Origin: Acidobacteriota bacterium
Lineage (GTDB): Bacteria > Acidobacteriota > UBA6911
Assembly: GCA_963664705.1 (NCBI GenBank)
Contig: OY761556.1
Span: 288,001 to 352,000, forward strand
DNA length: 64,000 nt
Reading direction: 5' to 3'
Shown piece by piece: positions 19,152-28,782 of this stretch. Each line of letters begins with the position of its first letter. Position 1 is the first letter of the stretch. The translations under genes and the position numbers were made by a program. Under the pieces are notes generated by a model, which was not told the DNA's origin, made no database searches, and saw only the letters and a list, made by a program, of their open reading frames with translations.

Positions 19152-19946
19152 TCAGAATCGGTAGAAGGATCGGCGGCGGCGTTCAAACCGAACCAGTTCT
19201 TTATACCCTGCTTCCCGGGCTAATTCCTGCGCGCGCTCGAAGTGCCGGGTCACTTCTCCTGTCGAGTGAGCATCGGAATTGATGACCAGCGGAATCCCTC
19301 GACGGTACGCCTCCTGCAGGTAGCTCAGACACGGGTAAGCTTCGCCCACGGGCCTATCCCATCCTGATGTATTGATTTCAATGGCTATGTTTGCGTTTGC
19401 GATCGCATCCAATACGGAGAGGGCCTCTGCGGTCAGATCCACCGTGGGATAAAACTTGAATTTCTTGGGAAGATCGAAATGACCGATAATGTCATAAATG
19501 CCGGACTGTGCCGCTTCCCGCAACAGTTCCCAGTAGCTGCTCCACAGGGCATTGCGCATTTCCTGGGTGACTTCCTGCCAGGGCTGAACACTGAAATCGA
19601 CAGGGAACGCATCGATAAAATGCACCGAGCCTATCAGGTAGTCAAATGGGAAAGGAGCCAGGCTCTTCCGAATCAGGTCGATCGTTTCCGGGAAATAATC
19701 CACCTCCAGACTCAACCGGACTTTGATGTCGGTGCTGGCCTTCTGCGCGGCTTCCACTTCTTCGACGTAGGAGCGAAGGGAGTCCGGTGCAAGGGCCCAG
19801 GAAACCGGCGTTCCTGGGCCTAGTGCGAAATGATCCGAAATGCCGAATTCCTGAAGCCCGGCGGACCGTGCCGCTTCGATCATATCCGTCACAGTCGCCG
19901 ATCCGTCGCTCCATTTTGTATGGTTGTGATAGCTTGTGTGTATCAT
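19152..19946 (-). CDS. PHP-family histidinol-phosphatase-like protein
   Basis: YHNHT, GISDH, IGSVHF, GHFDL, EINTSG, NSDAH. Confidence 0.88.
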   Translation of the reverse strand: MIHTSYHNHTKWSDGSATVTDMIEAARSAGLQEFGISDHFALGPGTPVSWALAPDSLRSYVEEVEAAQKASTDIKVRLSLEVDYFPETIDLIRKSLAPFPFDYLIGSVHFIDAFPVDFSVQPWQEVTQEMRNALWSSYWELLREAAQSGIYDIIGHFDLPKKFKFYPTVDLTAEALSVLDAIANANIAIEINTSGWDRPVGEAYPCLSYLQEAYRRGIPLVINSDAHSTGEVTRHFERAQELAREAGYKELVRFERRRRSFYRF

Positions 19947-20920
19947 TGAGCTTTTGCCAATACATTCCAGATCAGAGCACCCGCTCCGAGCACCGCTGTA
20001 TTGCCCTCACTAAGCATGGATGGAAGCAGCTTCACTTTGTTTCTGAAGATCGGGAAAAGATGTTCCTCCAATGAGCGCCGGGTCGGTTCAAAAATCAGCT
20101 CTCCTGCCGCGGCCAGGCCGCCAAAAAAGATGATGGCTTCAGGACTCAGGTGTGCCACGGAGTCTGAAAGCTTCATGCCGAGAATATGCCCGGTGTACTC
20201 GAAGGCCTGCAGTGCAAGCGTGTCGCCCCCATGGGCTGCCTCCGAAACCATTTCTGCCGTCAGCTCCTCGTAGCTGATGCTTCGAAGCCGACTCGGTTCG
20301 GTCGTGTTGCAGATAAGCTCCTGCACAGTCCTGCAAAGTCCGGTCGCGGAACAATAGGCCTCAAGGCAACCGAGCTTTCCGCATCCGCATTTCCGGCCAT
20401 TCGGATCGACGATAGTGTGCCCAACCTCTCCTGCAAAGCCGTCCGCGCCATAGATCAGCTCGCCGTTTGAAACGATCCCGCTGCCCAGACCTGTTCCAAG
20501 CGTAATGACGACGAAATCCTTCATGCCGCGTGCGGCGCCGAACAGCATTTCTCCAAGGGCGGCTGCGTTGGCATCGTTCGTTATCGCAATGGGCAGGCTG
20601 TAATATTTTCCCAGTTGTGCGCGCACGTCGACATAGTCCCAGCCGAGATTCGGCGGATGCTCGATGGTGCCCTTGTGGTAGTTGGCGTTGGGGGCTCCGA
20701 TCCCGATACCGGCCAGTTCGGCATTCTTCGGCAGAGATTGGGCGAGTGAGATGGCCGCTTCGTGCAGCCGAGCGAAAAAGCGCTCGACCGGTTGATTGGC
20801 TTCGGTGGGCATGGATCCGTTGGCGAGGCATTTGCCCGTTCGATCCACATAGCCGTATTTTGTATTCGTGCCGCCAATATCCACTCCAAGGACGACCGGA
20901 TTCTTGTCTGCATTTTCCAT
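19943..20920 (-). CDS. ROK-family glucokinase
   Basis: GVDIGGT, NDANAAALGE, TLGTGLGSG, GEVGH, CGCGKLGCLE. Confidence 0.92.
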   Translation of the reverse strand: MENADKNPVVLGVDIGGTNTKYGYVDRTGKCLANGSMPTEANQPVERFFARLHEAAISLAQSLPKNAELAGIGIGAPNANYHKGTIEHPPNLGWDYVDVRAQLGKYYSLPIAITNDANAAALGEMLFGAARGMKDFVVITLGTGLGSGIVSNGELIYGADGFAGEVGHTIVDPNGRKCGCGKLGCLEAYCSATGLCRTVQELICNTTEPSRLRSISYEELTAEMVSEAAHGGDTLALQAFEYTGHILGMKLSDSVAHLSPEAIIFFGGLAAAGELIFEPTRRSLEEHLFPIFRNKVKLLPSMLSEGNTAVLGAGALIWNVLAKAQ

Positions 20921-20978
20921 AAAGCATGGTTCCTATCTTATGAATTGCAGGAGCGCGTCCGCGAATCAGGACATGCTC

Positions 20979-23084
20979 CTAGCTCTTGCCTTCAATCGGG
21001 ACGAATCGGACCGGCGTCAGGGACCGGATCCGCTCCTGGTCTTCTATGCGGCGCTGATAAAAAAGCTCCTGAACACGAACCGGTTCGGCACGCCCCGCCG
21101 CAATTTTTTCATAGGTGCCATCCGACTTCAGCTGGCGCGCCTTCTGATTGTCCGTCATTTGAGTGCGCAGGATTTCCATCAACGATTCCTTCAGATCCTG
21201 TTGGTGGACAGGCGCCATCAATTCCACTCTCCGATCGAGGTTTCGCGGCATCCAGTCTGCACTTGAAATGTAAATCTCCGGATCTCCCCCATTGCCAAAC
21301 ATGACAGCGCGGCTATGCTCCAGATAGCGGTCGACTATCGAGATAACCTGGATATTTTCGCTGAGTCCGTGAACGCCGGGACGAAGGCAGCAGATACCGC
21401 GAACATTCAGCACGATCTTGACCCCCGCTTTGCCGGCCTCATAGAGGGCGAGGATTATCTTTGGATCAACCAGCGAGTTCATTTTCGCCAGGATTTCGCC
21501 ATTTTGGCCTTGCCTGGCCCAATCGGTTTCCCTGCGGATGAGAAGCAGAATCTTCTCTCGCATGCCGATAGGCGCGGCAATCAGCTGGTTCAATACCGGC
21601 GATTCCGAATACCCCGTAATTGTGTTGAAAAAGGCGGAAGCATCGCTGCCGAAATCTTCAGAACAGGTGAACAATCCAAAATCGGTGTAAAGCCGGGCGG
21701 TGCGATCATTGTAATTGCCGGTTCCCATGTGGAGATACCGGATAATGCCGGAAGGTTCCCGCCGCACAACCAGCGCGATCTTTGCGTGCACCTTCAACCC
21801 CGCCAGACCATAGAGAACGTGGGCGCCCGCTTCTTCAAGATCCCTGGACCACTCGATATTCCGTTCCTCATCAAAGCGCGCCGTGAGTTCAACGAGCACC
21901 GTGACCTGCTTGCCGTTCTCAGCGGCACGGATCAAGGCGTTGACGATGGGCGAGTCCTTCCCTCCTGTCCGGTACAGCGTCTGTTTGATGGCGAGAACGT
22001 CCGGGTCTTCGGCGGCCGTCTCAATGAACTGAACAACAGGATCAAAGGAGTCGTAAGGGTGGTGAAGGAGGATATCCCGTTCGCGGATCAGATCAAAAAT
22101 GTTTTTCCCCTGAGCAAAATCGTGCCGCAGCAGCGGAGCCTGCAAACGGTAGCGGAATTTTTCATATCCCGGCAGGTCAGCGAGAGACTGAAGCGGCCGC
22201 GGATCCAGGGGGCCCCTGGCTTCAAACAGTACGGAATCATCCATGGCAAGGGCCTGCCGGAGCCTTCCTAAAAGCTCCGGTGACATTGGTTCGTGTTCCA
22301 GTCGGATAGGCTTGGCGCTCCGTCGTTTTTTTAGTTCCACCTCCAACATGCCGACATAGTCAAAGGGGGCATCATCATCCAGTTCGAGTTCGGAGTCGCG
22401 CGTCAGCCGGATTCCTGCCACCTCAAGAATCTGATAGCCGGAAAAAAGCGCCGAGATGCGCCTGCGAACCGCATCGTGCAGCCAGCACATTTCCAGGCCT
22501 TCCCCATCCGGAAGCCTGAACAGTCCCGGCAGGCTGCCCGGTATTTCAATCAGGGCCATGCGGGGGGCGGTCTCTTCTCTCGAATCGGATTTCAGCAGGA
22601 TTGCCAGGTTTAGCGTCAGGCCGGACAGCCTTGGGAAAGGATGGGTTTCATCCACCGCCACCGGTGTCAGGACGGGATAGATCACTTTTTCAAAATACTC
22701 GTCCAGGTATTTCTCCTGCGCAGGCTGCAGTTGATCCAGGGTACGGACGAAAATATTCTGCTTGGCGAGACCCGGCACCAACTCATTGCGGTACAGCTCA
22801 AAACCTGTGTCGTACAGTTCCCGGACTGTTGCGAGCACGCGCTCCAGTTGCTCATGCGGCGTAAGGCCACAGGGATCGGGATTGTTGTCTCGCTGCTGAA
22901 TCAAATGCTGCAGCGAGGCAACCCGTACCATGAAAAATTCGTCGAGATTCGAATGAAAAATGCAGAAGAAACGCAGGCGCTCGAGAAGAGGGTTCTTTCG
23001 ATCCCTGGCCTCCTCCAGGACCCGTCGGTTGAATTGCAGCCAACTGATTTCGCGATTCAGGAAAGGAGCAACGGGGCGCGTCAT
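20979..23084 (-). CDS. ppk1: Polyphosphate kinase 1
   Basis: NREISWLQFN, SNLDEFFMVRV, LHHPYDSF, ARFDEE, KVHAK, RYLEHSR, SADWMPRNL. Confidence 0.97.
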   Translation of the reverse strand: MTRPVAPFLNREISWLQFNRRVLEEARDRKNPLLERLRFFCIFHSNLDEFFMVRVASLQHLIQQRDNNPDPCGLTPHEQLERVLATVRELYDTGFELYRNELVPGLAKQNIFVRTLDQLQPAQEKYLDEYFEKVIYPVLTPVAVDETHPFPRLSGLTLNLAILLKSDSREETAPRMALIEIPGSLPGLFRLPDGEGLEMCWLHDAVRRRISALFSGYQILEVAGIRLTRDSELELDDDAPFDYVGMLEVELKKRRSAKPIRLEHEPMSPELLGRLRQALAMDDSVLFEARGPLDPRPLQSLADLPGYEKFRYRLQAPLLRHDFAQGKNIFDLIRERDILLHHPYDSFDPVVQFIETAAEDPDVLAIKQTLYRTGGKDSPIVNALIRAAENGKQVTVLVELTARFDEERNIEWSRDLEEAGAHVLYGLAGLKVHAKIALVVRREPSGIIRYLHMGTGNYNDRTARLYTDFGLFTCSEDFGSDASAFFNTITGYSESPVLNQLIAAPIGMREKILLLIRRETDWARQGQNGEILAKMNSLVDPKIILALYEAGKAGVKIVLNVRGICCLRPGVHGLSENIQVISIVDRYLEHSRAVMFGNGGDPEIYISSADWMPRNLDRRVELMAPVHQQDLKESLMEILRTQMTDNQKARQLKSDGTYEKIAAGRAEPVRVQELFYQRRIEDQERIRSLTPVRFVPIEGKS

Positions 23085-24628
23085 GGAGTCGGGGCCGCCT
23101 CTCTCAGGACAACCTTCTTTCCAAAAATCTCGGTGAAGAAATCGCTGCGGCTGGCAAGCGCCAGTCGACCCATGGCAAAGTCTGCGACACTCTGGCCGGA
23201 TAATGCGATCTGATCGCCTTCACGGGATATCTTCAATTCCACGATATTTTGGAGATGGCCCTTGTCCAGGGCATTGGCAACGCGGAGAATTGCGGCAAGC
23301 TTGGAGACCACCATCCGTTCATCCCGGTCTAACGAGATATAGGAAATATGGGAACGCTGGGGAAGGGCCCTCCGGTGATAGCGTGCAATGTTGGCAATGA
23401 TCTCCAGTTCGCGTTTCCTCAGGCCAAACAATTCGGACGCTGAAATAAGGTATTGCGAGTGTTTGTGGTGGCTGCGTGAACTCACAAATAATCCAATGTC
23501 GTGAAGAAGCGCAGCCACTTCAAGATACAGCTTGTGTGTTTCAGTCATCCGCTGCTCGGCCTTCAGTTCATCAAAAAGGCGAACCGACAATTCCCGAACT
23601 CGCTCAGCGTGGTTTTCATCGAAACGATACTTGCGGCCCAGGCTTCTGGCCGCGGAAAGGATTTGCAGAGAAAGCTTCTTGAGCTGTTTCCCCTGTTCCG
23701 ACGGGGCCAGATCCTGCAGAATGCCCGCCCGGATGCTGGCGTCGCTGATGGTGATTTCGCCGGCCTGGGTTTCCTTCAACATCTGCAGATAAGTCAAAAG
23801 CGCAGGGACGAGCGTCTCGGCATCGAGGTATGGAATGGAATACTTTTGGACCAGCCCATCCACGGAAAGCCTCGAGACTGAATCGACAAATTCGGAGAAG
23901 GCGTCTTTGGGGATAGAGATAAGGCGGCCATGGGCTTGGCTATTGATCATTCGGGCGGCAAAGCGCACGTCTCCGCCCATTGCGATATAATGGGCGGTTT
24001 CACGAAAATCCATTTCGCGCTTGATGCCGGTCATGAAACCGGATATCTGCCGTTTGAGAAATCGAACATGTTGGTCATGCTTTCCGCCGGAGGCCATTTC
24101 GGCTCGCAGGCGGATCGATCCGAGGGGAAAAGTCCCGGACTGTTGCAGTTCTCCGCCACTGAGAATTGCAACATCCGTACTGCCTCCTCCTACCTCCATC
24201 AAGACACTTTTGGATTTGCCGAGGGTCGCCTCACCGCGGATGGCATCCACAACTGCCGACAAGGTCAGCCGATTCTCCTCCGGACCGTCGATCACTTCTA
24301 CATCCAGCCCCGTGCTCATCAGGAGACGGTCCAGAAACATCTCGCTGTTGCTCGATTCCCGCACGGCGCTTGTCGCAACAGCCCGGTATCGAACAACTCC
24401 ATAGGTGTCCATGACTTTCTTGAAATCGCGCAAAGCCTCGCAGGCGCTTCGGATTGTTTCCTGACTTAAATGCCCTTCCGTGAAGGCTTCCCGCCCGAGC
24501 TGTACCCCCTTCTTCAGCGAATCCAACACGCGGATTGTGCCGTCGTTGTGAATTTCCGCAATGTCCATCCGGATAGCGCTCGACCCGATATCGATGGCTG
24601 CCATTAACAGATTGGTGGTTGGTTCCAT
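23081..24628 (-). CDS. ppx: Ppx/GppA exopolyphosphatase with C-terminal HD domain
   Basis: IDIGS, ATSAVRE, EEN, GGGST, LLHDIG; overlaps the ppk1 start. Confidence 0.92.
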   Translation of the reverse strand: MEPTTNLLMAAIDIGSSAIRMDIAEIHNDGTIRVLDSLKKGVQLGREAFTEGHLSQETIRSACEALRDFKKVMDTYGVVRYRAVATSAVRESSNSEMFLDRLLMSTGLDVEVIDGPEENRLTLSAVVDAIRGEATLGKSKSVLMEVGGGSTDVAILSGGELQQSGTFPLGSIRLRAEMASGGKHDQHVRFLKRQISGFMTGIKREMDFRETAHYIAMGGDVRFAARMINSQAHGRLISIPKDAFSEFVDSVSRLSVDGLVQKYSIPYLDAETLVPALLTYLQMLKETQAGEITISDASIRAGILQDLAPSEQGKQLKKLSLQILSAARSLGRKYRFDENHAERVRELSVRLFDELKAEQRMTETHKLYLEVAALLHDIGLFVSSRSHHKHSQYLISASELFGLRKRELEIIANIARYHRRALPQRSHISYISLDRDERMVVSKLAAILRVANALDKGHLQNIVELKISREGDQIALSGQSVADFAMGRLALASRSDFFTEIFGKKVVLREAAPTP

Positions 24629-24754
24629 GAGTGCCTGTTTTGATAGGGGAACAGCCTGTACAGACCCGCGCCCTGTGTGTGCCGCATCACATTACCTGTT
24701 GCTGTTTCCTTTTATAGTATATCCTTTGAATAGCATAGATAAAGCGAGAAACCG

Positions 24755-25258
24755 ATGAGACTGTACATCGTTCGGCATGCAATCGCCACCCCTCGCGGAA
24801 TTCCCGGCACTGAAGACGACAATCGATCATTAACGGAAAAGGGCATCGAAAAGATGCGCAAGGCTGCCAGGGGTTTGAATGCTCTTGGGTATATCCCGGA
24901 TTTCATTCTGTGCAGCCCTCTCCTGCGTGCCCGGCAGACCGGGGATATATTGATCAGTGCTTTTGCGAAGAAGGTTGAAATGAAGCTTACCCCCAATCTG
25001 GCGCCTGCCGCCCATCGGCGGGATCTTTATCGCGAAATTGCCGGCTTTTGGGGGAAAGTGGACAGCCTCATGCTGGTTGGACATCAGCCCTCGTTGGGCG
25101 AAATTGCGGGTGAAATCGTGTGGGGGACCGCTGATCGCTGGATTGATCTTAAAAAGGGAGGCGCCTGTGCCATTGACGTAAACTCCGTGCGGGGTATCCC
25201 CGGCGGACGTCTTCTATCTCTTCTTACTCCGTTGATTTTGCGCAAAATAGGTCCATAA
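24755..25258 (+). CDS. sixA: Phosphohistidine phosphatase SixA
   Basis: LYIVRHA, SPLLRARQT, VGHQP. Confidence 0.9.
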   Translation: MRLYIVRHAIATPRGIPGTEDDNRSLTEKGIEKMRKAARGLNALGYIPDFILCSPLLRARQTGDILISAFAKKVEMKLTPNLAPAAHRRDLYREIAGFWGKVDSLMLVGHQPSLGEIAGEIVWGTADRWIDLKKGGACAIDVNSVRGIPGGRLLSLLTPLILRKIGP

Positions 25259-25412
25259 AGACTCGAAATTGTGTATCCTAATGAAGACAGCGCCTGCAGC
25301 GCCATCCCCCTTCAGCAGGCCGAACGGTTTGCCCTTGCGCGATTGACATTTCTCCGCGGATTCTGTCCGGTGCAGGCCTTGGAGCAAGCGGTTGTAAGAG
25401 GAGAAAGCGCAT

Positions 25413-26306
25413 ATGAAGCTGAACATATTACTGGTTGACGACAACGATATTGCCCGGAAGGTTATACGGGGCCAGTTGCGGGATTGGGGCTATGAAGTAG
25501 CCGTCGCCGCCAACGGTCTGGAAGCTCTCGAAAAGCTCATTTTGCTGGCGGGTTCGGAGCAAAGGCCCAACATCCTGCTTGTGGATTGGCACATGCCGGA
25601 ACTTGACGGCATGGCTCTCTGCAAATGGGCGAAAAGCTGTCAGGCTTACAAGACCGGGCTTCATCTTTACGTGCTCTTTTTGACCGTCAGCGAAGGAATC
25701 GAAAATGAAACCCTGGCATATAAAGCCGGAGCGGATGGTTACATTGTAAAAGGTTCGCTGGAATCGCTCGAAGTCAAACTGAATTCCGTCAAGGTCCGGA
25801 TTCTCGAAGAGGTTGAACTGAGAAGAACCATTGCCGCACTTCAGAAGGATCCCAGTGGAGTCCTGGTCAAGCGGGAAATCGTGGACCGGCTCGGTCGACG
25901 CGTCGCGGAGGTTCATCAGTCTCCGATGGGAATCGTTCTGATCGATATTGATGATTTTAAGCGCATCAATGACTCGTATGGCCATCTCGTCGGCGACCAG
26001 ATTCTTGAAGCGGTCGGACGGAGGCTTCAGGACGCCGTGCGAAATGGGAATGTCGGACGCTACGGTGGAGATGAATTCCTGATTGGACTTCCCGGATGTG
26101 ATCGGGACACTGTGGACAAGCGAGCCGCCGAAATTGCCGACCGCTTAATGTCCGACCCGATATCAACATCGGGTGGGGATATCCGCATTTCTATAAGCTA
26201 CGGCACGGCGGTCAATACTGATCCCGATAGCCTGGATCGGTTGATTGGCCTGGCCGATCAGGCTTTGTATCGCCACAAGGCCGTCCGCAAGAGAAACAGT
26301 GCGTAG
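25413..26306 (+). CDS. REC-GGDEF diguanylate cyclase
   Basis: REC (VDD...DWHMP...K) plus DIDDFKRINDSYGHLVGD and RYGGDEF. Confidence 0.9.
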   Translation: MKLNILLVDDNDIARKVIRGQLRDWGYEVAVAANGLEALEKLILLAGSEQRPNILLVDWHMPELDGMALCKWAKSCQAYKTGLHLYVLFLTVSEGIENETLAYKAGADGYIVKGSLESLEVKLNSVKVRILEEVELRRTIAALQKDPSGVLVKREIVDRLGRRVAEVHQSPMGIVLIDIDDFKRINDSYGHLVGDQILEAVGRRLQDAVRNGNVGRYGGDEFLIGLPGCDRDTVDKRAAEIADRLMSDPISTSGGDIRISISYGTAVNTDPDSLDRLIGLADQALYRHKAVRKRNSA

Positions 26307-26361
26307 CGGCGGATGCGAAATATAGATTCCAAAAACTGCAGCCAAAACTTGAAGCCTGCAA

Positions 26362-26390
26362 TTGCCACCCTGTTCCTATCGTGCTAGACT
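26362..26390 (+). promoter_or_regulatory. Sigma70-like promoter of the helicase-nuclease operon
   Basis: TTGCCA-N17-TAGACT with TG extension. Confidence 0.5.
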
Positions 26391-26414
26391 CGACGGTGAA
26401 TAAAAGGTGAATAT

Positions 26415-28781
26415 ATGGGATCGCTAATTCGCCAGCCAGGCTCTGCGTTGGCTGAAGTGCATGAACTGATCAAGGAACTGGCTCCAAGCGACCAGACGAA
26501 TGAAATCATAACGGCCGTGCACCGTATCCCTGCAAAGGAAGCGCAATGGGCTTCCATGCCGCAATGGATTCGGCCGGAGCTCGCCGAGGCTTACCGGGCA
26601 AAGGGAATCGAGCGCCTGTATTCGCACCAGGCGGAGGCGGCTGAACGTGCGCACGGGGGCGAAAATGTCGCGGTTGTAACTCCGACGGCTTCAGGGAAGA
26701 CGCTTTGCTACAACCTGACAGTCTTGAATGCCATCCTTGAAAACCCGGATGTCCGGGCTTTGTATATTTATCCGACCAAGGCGCTTGCGCAGGATCAGCT
26801 GTCTGAACTGCAGGATCTGGGTGGGAAAGCGGGTGATCGATTCGGCGTTTTTACCTACGATGGCGATACTCCATCCGACGCCCGCCAGTCGATCCGACAG
26901 CAGGGCCATATCGTCCTTACCAATCCCGACATGCTCCATGCGGGTATCCTCCCTCACCATACCAAGTGGACGCGGCTCTTCGAAAACCTGCAATATGTGG
27001 TTATCGACGAATTGCATACCTATCGCGGCGTATTTGGAAGTCATCTGGCCAATGTGCTTCGGAGGTTGAAGCGGATTGCACGATTTTACGGGCGGAATCC
27101 GCAGTTTATTTTTACTTCTGCCACGATTGCAAATCCCGGCGAACTTGCAAGCCGACTGGTGGGGGAGGATGTTCATCTGCTGGATGGAAATGGTGCACCT
27201 GCCGCCGAGAAGTATTTCGTCTTTTATAATCCACCGGTTGTGAACCGATTTTTGGGGATTCGTCGAAGTTACATAAACGAGACGTGGCGGGTGGCCCGCA
27301 GTTTCCTGAAGCGGGGATTGCAGACCATCGTCTTTGCCAATAGCCGGTTGCACACGGAAGTGTTGCTCACCTACCTGAAGCAGGATAATCCTCAGCCTCC
27401 GGGCGAGCCTGAAATTGTGCGTGGCTACCGGGGCGGGTACCTTCCACTGGAAAGGCGGGAAATTGAGCATGGGCTGCGAAACGGCCAGATCCGGGCGGTA
27501 GTTGCCACCAATGCGCTTGAACTCGGTATTGATGTAGGCTCTCTTGATGTTGCTGTGATGGCCGGCTATCCCGGCACAATTGCGTCAAGCTGGCAGCGGG
27601 CCGGCCGTGCGGGGAGACGTCGCGGTACCTCCTGTGCCGTACTGGTGGCCTCCTCTCGCCCGCTGGATCAGTTTATCGTAAAGCACCCGGAATATTTCTT
27701 CAGCGCGTCTCCCGAGCATGCATACATCCAGCCGGACAACCTCGAGATTCTTGTGAATCATCTGAAATGCGCGGCCTTCGAGTTGCCGCTCGCGTCCGGG
27801 GAGACCTTTGGCGAGGTCGACCTGCCGCTGCTGTGTCAACATCTGGAGGAATCGGGCTATCTGCATCGGAGCGGCGATTTCTGGTATTGGACGCAGGAAG
27901 CGTATCCGGCGGACACCGTCAGCCTCCGGTCGGTGACATCGGATAACTTTGTAATTGTTGATGAGACGGATCAGCCGGAAGTGATCGGGGAGGTGGATTT
28001 TACCAGTGCTCTCACCACGGTGCATCCGAAGGCGATCTATATGCACGGAGCGCAGCAGTATCATGTGGAGCGGCTCGATTTCGAGGAACGCAAGGCATAT
28101 GTCCGGCGAGTGAATGTCGATTACTTCACCCAGGCGATTCGCTATACCCAGGTCAAACGGTTGGAGGTTGAGGAGCAGGCAGCGGTGCCCGGCCCTGCCG
28201 TCAAAGCACACGGGGACGTCCAGGTGCGTTCGCAGGTCGTAGGATTTAAGAAAATCAAGTTTTATACCCTTGAAAATGTCGGTTCCGGAAAGCTCGAGCT
28301 TCCCGAGAATGAGATGCATACGACCGCCTACTGGATGACGCTCGACCGAAGACTGATGGATTCTCTCCCTTTTACCATTTCTGAACGCCAGGATGGTCTC
28401 TTTGGCCTGTTATATGCGCTGGAATCCATAGCGAGCCTGTTGCTGATGTGCGACCGCATGGATCTTGGTGCAACCATAGGCGAAGGAATGCCCGATGCCG
28501 ATGTGCCGGATAATGCGGTCATCCGGCGTTCTGAAGGAGAAGTGAAGGAATTTTTTGAGCCGACCCTGTATCTGTACGACGCGTATCCGGGCGGTATAGG
28601 GCTGAGCGAACCCTTGTTTCACATGCACGAACTGCTGGTCCAGCGCACCCGGGAACTCATTGCGGGCTGCACCTGCGAAAAGGGATGCCCATCCTGTGTA
28701 GGTCCTGCGGGGGAAACAAGCGACCGTGCCAAAATGGCGGCTCTGGCGATATTGGATAAACTGACGATCGGCACGGCATAA
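26415..28781 (+). CDS. SF2 DEXH helicase with DUF1998 (MrfA/YprA/Hrq1-like)
   Basis: PTASGKT, DELH, SATIANP, QRAGRAGR, C-terminal DAYPGGIG and CTCEKGCPSC. Confidence 0.93.
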   Translation: MGSLIRQPGSALAEVHELIKELAPSDQTNEIITAVHRIPAKEAQWASMPQWIRPELAEAYRAKGIERLYSHQAEAAERAHGGENVAVVTPTASGKTLCYNLTVLNAILENPDVRALYIYPTKALAQDQLSELQDLGGKAGDRFGVFTYDGDTPSDARQSIRQQGHIVLTNPDMLHAGILPHHTKWTRLFENLQYVVIDELHTYRGVFGSHLANVLRRLKRIARFYGRNPQFIFTSATIANPGELASRLVGEDVHLLDGNGAPAAEKYFVFYNPPVVNRFLGIRRSYINETWRVARSFLKRGLQTIVFANSRLHTEVLLTYLKQDNPQPPGEPEIVRGYRGGYLPLERREIEHGLRNGQIRAVVATNALELGIDVGSLDVAVMAGYPGTIASSWQRAGRAGRRRGTSCAVLVASSRPLDQFIVKHPEYFFSASPEHAYIQPDNLEILVNHLKCAAFELPLASGETFGEVDLPLLCQHLEESGYLHRSGDFWYWTQEAYPADTVSLRSVTSDNFVIVDETDQPEVIGEVDFTSALTTVHPKAIYMHGAQQYHVERLDFEERKAYVRRVNVDYFTQAIRYTQVKRLEVEEQAAVPGPAVKAHGDVQVRSQVVGFKKIKFYTLENVGSGKLELPENEMHTTAYWMTLDRRLMDSLPFTISERQDGLFGLLYALESIASLLLMCDRMDLGATIGEGMPDADVPDNAVIRRSEGEVKEFFEPTLYLYDAYPGGIGLSEPLFHMHELLVQRTRELIAGCTCEKGCPSCVGPAGETSDRAKMAALAILDKLTIGTA

Positions 28782-28782
28782 C

